NCBI GenBank assembly: GCA_002351925.1
Contig: DEHM01000019.1
Location: 14,942-78,941, forward strand
Direction of reading: 5' to 3'
DNA from: Bacteroidales bacterium UBA2800
GTDB taxonomy: Bacteria > Bacteroidota > Bacteroidia > Bacteroidales > Paludibacteraceae
Length of the DNA stretch: 64,000 nucleotides
Position 1 is the stretch's first letter; every line of letters starts with the position of its first letter. The notes beneath the pieces are model-generated. The model was not told the DNA's origin, did not search any database, and worked only from the letters and a program-made list of their open reading frames with translations. Shown one piece after another: positions 41,805 through 48,822 of the stretch. A program made the translations under genes and the position numbers.

Positions 41805-41862
41805 GGGGCATGAACGGGGCATGAACGGGGCATGAACGGGACCATTACGGGACCACGTCCCG
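41805..41862. repeat. 11-nt repeat GGGGCATGAAC x3, followed by GGGACC x2 and the hairpin CGGGAC-cac-GTCCCG
   Basis: Read directly, in the 560-nt AraC-AraC intergenic region. Confidence 0.92.
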
Positions 41863-41927
41863 AGAACGACCTAATCACACCCATACCATACCGCAACCGG
41901 TACGCACCGTTAGAGGTCTATAAGCAA

Positions 41928-42011
41928 CTTGACTTTGCGTAAAAAAGTTGTAGCGTAATTCTTGACTTTGCGTAAAAAGTTGTAGCGTAATTCTTGACTT
42001 TGCGTAAAAAA
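41928..42011. repeat. 32-33-nt direct repeat CTTGACTTTGCGTAAAAA(A)GTTGTAGCGTAATT x2.6
   Basis: Units lie at 41928-41960 and 41961-41992, with a partial unit at 41993-42011. It ends 15 nt before the -33 of the AraC paralog 2 promoter. Confidence 0.95.
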
Positions 42012-42025
42012 TCGGACGCTACCTC

Positions 42026-42056
42026 TTGCATGTATGCAGAAAAATGTGTATCTTTG
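42026..42056 (+). promoter_or_regulatory. Promoter for AraC paralog 2 (TTG-N20-TATCTTTG)
   Basis: TTGCATGTATGCAGAAAAATGTGTATCTTTGCG. Confidence 0.65.
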
Positions 42057-42161
42057 CGTCTCGTTTGGCAAATGGGCCGAAATGTTTGAATAGGAGTTAG
42101 CGAAATGGGAATCCTAAGAGTCACAGAATCAACCTTTTCTGCTAAAGCAGAAGGAAAACGG

Positions 42162-43349
42162 ATGAGTTTTCGGACGTTCTACTCCGACTACGAAACCGAG
42201 ATTTGGTTCGCTATCTTGCTCTTGGCAGCAGTGGTAGCGAGCGATTGTTTTGCAGGCCTGATACCTGCGGACTTGTATGAAAACGGTATCAGCCAGATAC
42301 TGAACGGCTGTGTGGCAACCGTCAGTCTGGCGGGTGCATGGCTGGTTGCGCGTCACCATAAAGACATTCGTGCGCGTAAGGTGTGGGCCGGTGTGCTGCT
42401 GGTGTGGGCGGTGCTGGCTACCTTGCTGCTAATGCGGCTGATAGTCTACAACAGCGAGCGTTCTGACGTGGGACTGATCAGTCTGCGCGGTTGGGAACTG
42501 GTAGTAGGCAATATCTATGCATGGCTTTTGTTGCTCTATCCGGCGGAGGTGCTGCGTCCGGGCAGCCTGACGCTCAAGCGTACGGTGCTGCATATGCTGC
42601 CGGTGTTTATCATCGCCGCGCTCAACTACTGGCTGCCGATCGACCTGCGCTGGATGCTGGCGATTTATCCGGTCATGCTGGTGGTCTTCCTGACTTCCCA
42701 TATACGGGCCTACCGCAGGTGGTGCGAGGAGAACTACTCGAAGATGGACGACATCGACGTGCAGTGGATATGGCGCTATCTGACGATGTTCCTGATATCG
42801 GGTGGGCAGTATATCGTGCTCAGTTTTAGTACGACGCAGGCCCATCTGTTTACCCAGCAGTGGCTGTTGCTGCTGATGCTGGCGTACAGCACCGAGCAGA
42901 TCGTCTTCCGCGCCGATCCTTGGACGATGATGCGTAGTACGCGGCATAAGGAAGAACAGACCGTCGCGAAGCCGGAGGCGTCCGGCGAAGAGGACGGCGA
43001 TGCCGGGGAATGGTCCTCCTATAAGGCTGCGCTCGAACAGTGGATGGAGCGCGAGAAACCCTATTGCAATCCCGAGTTCCGACTGCTCGATCTGTGCGAA
43101 GTGCTGCCGCTCAACCGCACCTATCTCAGCCAATTCATCAACACCGAATACGGCTGCAGTTTCTACCAGCTTGTGACCAACTACCGTATCGAAGAAGCCA
43201 AGCGGCTGATGGATGAGAATCCCGAGATGAAACTGCAGGATATTTCCGAACAATGCGGCTTCTCGTCGCCAGTAGTGTTCTCGCGTATCTTCTCCCGCGA
43301 AACGGGTATGACACCGCGTGAATGGAATACAAAACTTGATAATTCGTAA
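42162..43349 (+). CDS. Membrane-embedded AraC-family transcriptional regulator (paralog 2)
   Basis: Same architecture as paralog 1, with shared motifs YPxEVLRPG, PIDLRW, HIRxYRxWCE, DDIDxQWI, FTQQW and FRxDPW. The start MSFRTFYSDY is chosen by alignment to paralog 1; ATG 42105 is also possible. Confidence 0.78.
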   Translation: MSFRTFYSDYETEIWFAILLLAAVVASDCFAGLIPADLYENGISQILNGCVATVSLAGAWLVARHHKDIRARKVWAGVLLVWAVLATLLLMRLIVYNSERSDVGLISLRGWELVVGNIYAWLLLLYPAEVLRPGSLTLKRTVLHMLPVFIIAALNYWLPIDLRWMLAIYPVMLVVFLTSHIRAYRRWCEENYSKMDDIDVQWIWRYLTMFLISGGQYIVLSFSTTQAHLFTQQWLLLLMLAYSTEQIVFRADPWTMMRSTRHKEEQTVAKPEASGEEDGDAGEWSSYKAALEQWMEREKPYCNPEFRLLDLCEVLPLNRTYLSQFINTEYGCSFYQLVTNYRIEEAKRLMDENPEMKLQDISEQCGFSSPVVFSRIFSRETGMTPREWNTKLDNS

Positions 43350-43380
43350 ATTTTTGCCTGTTTTTCTTAACTCTAATACA

Positions 43381-43447
43381 AAAATTCGAATCAGTTCTTG
43401 CATATGTGCGTGAAAAGCAGTACCTTTGCAGCGTTGATTCGAATTTT
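43381..43447. repeat. 13-bp perfect inverted repeat AAAATTCGAATCA / TGATTCGAATTTT bracketing the pilus promoter
   Basis: The arms are 43381-43393 and 43435-43447, separated by a 41-nt spacer that holds the -33 and -7 boxes. The arms extend to TAC(A)/GTA with a one-nt bulge. Confidence 0.95.
43398..43428 (+). promoter_or_regulatory. Promoter of the pilus operon (TTG-N20-TACCTTTG)
   Basis: TTGCATATGTGCGTGAAAAGCAGTACCTTTGCAG. It sits inside a 13-bp perfect inverted repeat (43381-43393 / 43435-43447). Confidence 0.65.
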
Positions 43448-43449
43448 GT

Positions 43450-44859
43450 ATGAACAGAGGAATAGGAAACATGTCAACGGTATGTCGTCTGGGAGCGTTC
43501 TTTTTTTGTGTGCTCTTGTCTTTAGCGGGCGCCTATGCGCAAGAAAACAGTAGCCAAGAGCCTCAAGAGCAGCTGGCGCAGCAAGAGAAGCAGAAGCGCG
43601 AAGTAGTGGCCCTGAAGACCAACCTGCTCTACGACGCTATCGCGACGCCCAACCTGGAGCTGGAGATACGTCTGACGCCTAAGTGGACGCTGGAGCTGGG
43701 TGCCGGTTTCAATCCCTTCCCGCTCGACGATACCCATTTCCCCAAGTGGCGCCATGTGTCGGCCTGGATAGCGCCGCGCTACTGGTTCTGCCATGTTTTC
43801 CATCGTGGTTTCCTCTCGTGGAACGTAGCCTATGCCCACTACAACGTGGCGGGTAACGCCTGGCCGGTCAGCTGGATGTACAAGCAGGTGAAGGACAGCC
43901 GTTACGAGGGCGACGCCGTCATGGCGGGTCTGAGCTACGGATGGCATTTCGCTATCTCGCCGCATTTCAGTATCGAGCTGGAGGGTGGAGTGGATGCCGG
44001 TTACTCGTGGTACAAAGAGTACGAGTGCAAGCACTGCGGTAGCAAGAAGGCGCAGAGCGGACGCTGGATGGTGCTGCCTAAGCTGGGCGTCAACCTGTCG
44101 GTGCCGCTGGGCGGCGACGAGGCGAGTCTGGCGCGCCGTTGCGACTGCGAGCGGCTGGAGGAGAAACCCGAGGAGCCCGCAGAGCCGCTGATGCCTGCCG
44201 AGCGTCTGGAGCCCGTCTGGGAGCAGCCTGCGCCGGTAGTGGCATGGGTGCCGCCTATGGAGGTGAAGGCCGACAACATGCGTCAGCTGCGTAGCCGTCT
44301 GCTGCGTGACGACGATGAGTATGAGACCTACGACGCGGGCATGGCCCTGAGCGCAGACCCGCGCAACGTGTTCCTTTTCTTCGATGTCAACGTCACGAAG
44401 ATGGACCGCTCGTTTATCCAGAACGACCTGCTCATGGATAGTATCATGCATATCCTGGGCGATGCCTGGAACGATCCCGACATCCGTATCACCCATATCC
44501 GTATCGTGGGCTTCGCGTCCTTCGACGGTAGGCTGAGCTACAACGAGCGTCTGGCCGGTAGCCGTGCGCAGACCATCAAGGAGTATATGCAGTCTATCTA
44601 CCCGCTGCCGGACAGCATATTCGATGTCTGCAACGGTGGCGAGAGCTGGGCAGAGCTCAAGTACGGCTTGCAGAACGTAGAGTTCGAGGGGCGTGATGAG
44701 GTGTTCGAGATCATCGACACCGAGCCCGATGCCGATACACGTGAGAAGAAGATCAAGGCGCTGCATAAGGGCGCTACCTACCGCTATATGCGCGACGAAC
44801 TGAAACATATACTTCGCAACCTTGGTTGCATTACCATCTATTGCGAAACGATTTATTAA
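43450..44859 (+). CDS. DUF3575-like beta-barrel plus OmpA-like C-terminal domain protein; first gene of the pilus operon
   Basis: Signal peptide ...LSLAGAYAQE. The N-terminal VALKTNLLYDAIATPNLELEIRL pattern resembles DUF3575. A Pro/Glu-rich linker follows, then a C-terminal OmpA-like region (VGFASFDGRLSYNERLAGSRAQTIKEYM). ATG 43471 is an alternative start. Confidence 0.7.
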   Translation: MNRGIGNMSTVCRLGAFFFCVLLSLAGAYAQENSSQEPQEQLAQQEKQKREVVALKTNLLYDAIATPNLELEIRLTPKWTLELGAGFNPFPLDDTHFPKWRHVSAWIAPRYWFCHVFHRGFLSWNVAYAHYNVAGNAWPVSWMYKQVKDSRYEGDAVMAGLSYGWHFAISPHFSIELEGGVDAGYSWYKEYECKHCGSKKAQSGRWMVLPKLGVNLSVPLGGDEASLARRCDCERLEEKPEEPAEPLMPAERLEPVWEQPAPVVAWVPPMEVKADNMRQLRSRLLRDDDEYETYDAGMALSADPRNVFLFFDVNVTKMDRSFIQNDLLMDSIMHILGDAWNDPDIRITHIRIVGFASFDGRLSYNERLAGSRAQTIKEYMQSIYPLPDSIFDVCNGGESWAELKYGLQNVEFEGRDEVFEIIDTEPDADTREKKIKALHKGATYRYMRDELKHILRNLGCITIYCETIY

Positions 44860-44898
44860 TCAACATAACACAACTAATTAACCCTATTTATTAACCAA

Positions 44899-46686
44899 AT
44901 GTTCAAACAAATGAAAAAAGTAACATTTTTTGCTTGCGCAGCTATGCTGGCAAGTGTTGCCCTGACAGGATGTTCGGGTAACGACGCTAACGTATCCGGT
45001 GGCGCTAATTATGTTCCGTCGGTAACGACCGACATCAACATCTCGTTGCCGGCCAATGCAACCGGTGGTCCTCGTAAGATGCCGGGAGATAAAGTGCAAG
45101 TCACCAATGGTGTAAGTGATTTCCAAGGTATTGGTAGCATCTGCCTTATTCCTTTCGGATTGGCAAAAGGCAATGTCGTTGATGGAGGTGACACAAAGCT
45201 TGGTACAAAGCTCAGTGGAATTACCGACATCGCTCTTACCAGTGAATTGGCAGCTACCAGTAAAGCTAAGAAGTACGCCGATGTATCTGTTCCGACCGGA
45301 ACATCCGCTTTCTTGTTCTATGCAGAATCGAAAGCTACTGGATCAAAGTTCGAGAAAGGTTCTTTGACTTATGTAGAGGCTACAACAACGGCTAATACCG
45401 CTAAGTTTGAGTTGGAGGCTATTCAGCCGAACTCTATCGCTACAAATGAGGCATTGGTTGGTTTGGTTGCTTATGTACAGTCTGTGGCTGACGCTACGGA
45501 TGGCACTAAGGCGTGGAAGAATTATACGACTTCTGACAACGAAGGTTTCAAAAAGTTGTTCGACGAGTACAAAACGACCAAGAACCTCAATTCGTTTAAT
45601 ATTCAGCGCATGATGAACGATTTGTTGGCTACTATCGCTTTGACGGAAAATACTTTGGCAGACAATATGCGTACGGCTATTAAGAGCAGTACCTACGTTA
45701 CCTACGACGACGGAACGAAAAAGGTTACCTTAAAATCGCCGTACAATGCCTTCCCTGCTTCCCTCAATTTGCCGGACGGTGCTATCGCTATTGCATACGA
45801 CAACGATCCGACCGATGGTAAGTTCGGTTCCTCTGCGGACAAGAATTTTGTTAATAGAAACGGCGTGGATGCTATGAATGTAGCTCCCACCCTCCAGTAT
45901 GCATATCCGTCTTCTCTTTGGTATTATGCCAACACGACCATCTATACCTCGAATGAGTCTGAGAATGCGGCTCTTACGGATGCCACTCATGATTGGGCTT
46001 GGGTACTTACCCAATATACCACCACGAACGGATCGGTTGATTCCAAAACCCGCTCTCTGGCATTGGTTAATCCGATTAACTACGCTGTAGGTCGTTTTGA
46101 TGTGAAAGTTAAATTGAGCTCCGCTTCTCTTGAGGATGCAGCATTACCTACTCCCGCTACTATCGCTTGTAACGAAGATGGCAAACGCTTCCAGCTGACA
46201 GGTGTATTGGTAGGTGGTCAAAAGAACGTTGGTTTCGACTTCACCCAGGAAACCTATGGTGGTAGTGCAACCAGTGCTTACACGATCTATGATAAGGAGA
46301 TGACGTCGACGATTAATGTAACAACCTCCTTTGGTTCGGCCAACAGCACCTTGGTTCTGGAGACTCCGACAAGTGGTCAAACAGGTGCTGATATCATGAT
46401 TGCTATTGAGCTGCTTAACAATACGACTTCTGACTTCATCGGTGCAGACGGTGTCGTTCCTGCAGGCGGCAAATTCTACCTGGTTGGTAAGCTGGTCGCT
46501 GCAAATGCAACTACTACGCCGAAGAAGGTGTTCTTGAAGGACTACACTACTACTGCTGAATTGAATATTGTAGACCTGAAACATGCTTACAATGGTATTC
46601 CGGACCTCCGTACTCCGACTCTGGAGATTGGTTTGTCTGTTGATTTGAACTGGACGGCAGGTACAACATACACAGTTAATCTCTAA
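44899..46686 (+). CDS. Mfa1-like major subunit of a type V pilus (lipoprotein precursor)
   Basis: 595 aa with lipobox ALTGCSG and an Arg-containing segment (GGPRKMPGD), as expected for Arg-protease maturation. The size, composition and gene order match Mfa1-family pilins. ATG 44911 (MKKVTFF) is an alternative start. Confidence 0.65.
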   Translation: MFKQMKKVTFFACAAMLASVALTGCSGNDANVSGGANYVPSVTTDINISLPANATGGPRKMPGDKVQVTNGVSDFQGIGSICLIPFGLAKGNVVDGGDTKLGTKLSGITDIALTSELAATSKAKKYADVSVPTGTSAFLFYAESKATGSKFEKGSLTYVEATTTANTAKFELEAIQPNSIATNEALVGLVAYVQSVADATDGTKAWKNYTTSDNEGFKKLFDEYKTTKNLNSFNIQRMMNDLLATIALTENTLADNMRTAIKSSTYVTYDDGTKKVTLKSPYNAFPASLNLPDGAIAIAYDNDPTDGKFGSSADKNFVNRNGVDAMNVAPTLQYAYPSSLWYYANTTIYTSNESENAALTDATHDWAWVLTQYTTTNGSVDSKTRSLALVNPINYAVGRFDVKVKLSSASLEDAALPTPATIACNEDGKRFQLTGVLVGGQKNVGFDFTQETYGGSATSAYTIYDKEMTSTINVTTSFGSANSTLVLETPTSGQTGADIMIAIELLNNTTSDFIGADGVVPAGGKFYLVGKLVAANATTTPKKVFLKDYTTTAELNIVDLKHAYNGIPDLRTPTLEIGLSVDLNWTAGTTYTVNL

Positions 46687-46707
46687 TCAATTAGCAACGC
46701 GTATAAC

Positions 46708-47718
46708 TTGAAACGGTTATTCGTCATATTATTTCCCTTGTTCTTCGTCGCATGCAACCTGATTGACGACAATCTGAGTGTGTGCGGTGAGGAACTGGTG
46801 ATCGACTATCAGCTGCAGCTGCGTACCGAACTGAGTACGCAGTTGCAGACTGAGTTGTCGGAAGAGACGGATAGCGTGGTGCGCGAAGCCTTGCGCGGGT
46901 GGTTGTCGCCGGTATTTACCGATAAGGCGAAAGATATTGATCTCCATTTCTTTAACAAGGAGACCGATGAGCTTCGTCACCGAATATTGGATGTGATTAA
47001 CGCGAGCCAGACCAGTTATACGCTTAAGTTACCCAAAGAGAACTACACCCATCTGGCCTTGGCGAATATCGCGGACAACAACCAGATGTCGCTGGCTGAT
47101 CGCGACCACTCGGCTACGATGTGCTTGAGCCTACCGACCTCGTCGGCCTTGAAGTCGATGAACACCGGAGTGTTCTCGGCGCGAATGGACATGACGGTGG
47201 ACGACAGCTCCAAGCAATTCAATGTGTATCTGTATATGGTGAATGCCGCTGTGGCGCTTGTAATCGATACTACTGCCTGCGACTCGCTGGTATCGCTAAG
47301 CGGAACGCTGAACAACATAGCATGCGGCTTCTCCATGCGCGACAGCGCGTACCGCTTTGATCGCGCCTGCGCCTTCGAACTGGAGAATGTGCCCATCAGT
47401 CGTGCAGCCGGTGCTCCGGCAGCGCAGGGACGTGCAAAAGCAGCGGACGTACCAGCTACGACGGCTTGTCTGGCTACAGTGGGAATGCCCTCTCGTGATG
47501 ATGAGCCCTGGACGCTGACGGTAAAAGCGACATTGATAGGCGACCGCTATACGACGAGTAAACTAACGATGAATGAATCGCTTGGAGCAGGTGAGTTACG
47601 TATCATTCGTATACGGATGAATGAAGACGGTTCGTTGATGCCGGTACAACATACAGAGGCAAGCGTGAGTATCACGCTCGACTGGCAGGACGGCGGATCG
47701 CATGAGATAAACTTATAG
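46708..47718 (+). CDS. FimB/Mfa2-family pilus anchor/length-regulator subunit
   Basis: TTG start. Lipoprotein signal MKRLFVILFPLFFVACN. 336 aa, directly after the major pilin as in mfa1-mfa2 loci. Confidence 0.6.
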   Translation: MKRLFVILFPLFFVACNLIDDNLSVCGEELVIDYQLQLRTELSTQLQTELSEETDSVVREALRGWLSPVFTDKAKDIDLHFFNKETDELRHRILDVINASQTSYTLKLPKENYTHLALANIADNNQMSLADRDHSATMCLSLPTSSALKSMNTGVFSARMDMTVDDSSKQFNVYLYMVNAAVALVIDTTACDSLVSLSGTLNNIACGFSMRDSAYRFDRACAFELENVPISRAAGAPAAQGRAKAADVPATTACLATVGMPSRDDEPWTLTVKATLIGDRYTTSKLTMNESLGAGELRIIRIRMNEDGSLMPVQHTEASVSITLDWQDGGSHEINL

Positions 47719-47720
47719 CA

Positions 47721-48788
47721 GTGAAAAAAATCGCGACATACATATTATTATTGATTCTCCTTGTGAATGTAGGATGTTCACCGGAAGAGAAAACGAAGGT
47801 GGGTATGCCGTTCTCATTGTGCCTTCCGGCAACGGAGGTACATTCGGCGAGCCGTGCCCCTATGCGTCGCGTTTTGAGTGACCCGGGTATGACCGAGTAT
47901 TTTTCGTTGCCGCATTATTTATATATTATCGTTCTTAAAAAGAACGGAGTCAACTGGGAACTATGGAATACAATGGAGCGTACGTTAACAGATGAGGACT
48001 GGCTGTTAACGCATTATAATGGTACGCTCGAAACAGAAGGAGATAGCGTATATCAATATTTAGGGCAATTGAATCTCCTGCTGTCCAATGAAAAAATAGA
48101 GGGGCGTGTATATGCTATAGCCTCTGCAGTACCTCTGACGCTTAGTCAACCTATAGGTACGATATCCAGCCTTAGTGATGTACTGAATCTTACGTTCTCT
48201 ACATCATCCGAAACGATGCAAGAGAATTTACAACACATATATACAACACCTTATAACTATAAAGTATCAGGTGACTATTATGGATCTTTTAGTAGCGCAA
48301 CCCATCGGGTACCGCATGTGAGCCTTATGCTTTACCATGTGGCGGCGAAGGTAGATATCATCTGGAATGTGCCTAATGATGATCGTATAAAAGCCAATCC
48401 TGCTGAGGCGGTACGTCTTACTTATATGGAGGTGCGCCGTCTGTACAATGGGGATGCGTATTGCTTCCGCCCGCTCAAAAATGAGATGGCTTCTCTACCG
48501 ACTTCGGGAGGATACGACATTCCGGATATGGTAAGAGCAAACGATGAAGGCCTCTGGTGGGAAGGTCGAACCTATTTCTACACCATTCCGTATTACGTGG
48601 CGGGAGAGGCAAATTATTTTCCCGTTCAAATGGTGCTTTGCACGAATGGCACTGCCAAAGCGGATGGGTATAAACTGACACTGAAACAACCATTTGATAC
48701 AACGGCAGTTTTTGTGCCTTGGGTAAGGGGAATATTTAATCTCACGCAGCCCTTGGCGAATACAGAAGAAACTAAGACTTGGGATTGA
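47721..48788 (+). CDS. Fimbrillin-fold accessory lipoprotein (Mfa3/Mfa4-like position)
   Basis: GTG start 2 nt after the upstream stop. Lipobox LVNVGCS, an Arg cluster (SASRAPMRR) and a YHVAAKVDIIW motif of the kind seen in FimA/Mfa-family pilins. Confidence 0.55.
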   Translation: MKKIATYILLLILLVNVGCSPEEKTKVGMPFSLCLPATEVHSASRAPMRRVLSDPGMTEYFSLPHYLYIIVLKKNGVNWELWNTMERTLTDEDWLLTHYNGTLETEGDSVYQYLGQLNLLLSNEKIEGRVYAIASAVPLTLSQPIGTISSLSDVLNLTFSTSSETMQENLQHIYTTPYNYKVSGDYYGSFSSATHRVPHVSLMLYHVAAKVDIIWNVPNDDRIKANPAEAVRLTYMEVRRLYNGDAYCFRPLKNEMASLPTSGGYDIPDMVRANDEGLWWEGRTYFYTIPYYVAGEANYFPVQMVLCTNGTAKADGYKLTLKQPFDTTAVFVPWVRGIFNLTQPLANTEETKTWD

Positions 48789-48790
48789 GA

Positions 48791-48822
48791 ATTTGTAGAT
48801 TTGAAGATTTGAAGATAAGACG
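48791..48822. repeat. Octad repeat ATTTG(T/A)AG x3 plus ATAAGACG at the junction with the giant ORF
   Basis: atttgtag atttgaag atttgaag ataagacg. It contains the candidate TTG start at 48809. Confidence 0.9.

Noticed and set aside
43381-43447. Invertible-promoter (fimbrial phase-variation) interpretation of the 13-bp inverted repeat around the pilus promoter.
   Set aside because: The 41-nt spacer is far shorter than known invertible promoter segments (well over 100 bp), and no recombinase or invertase gene is in the window. It is kept as a finding as a probable operator or structural element, with inversion listed only as a testable alternative.
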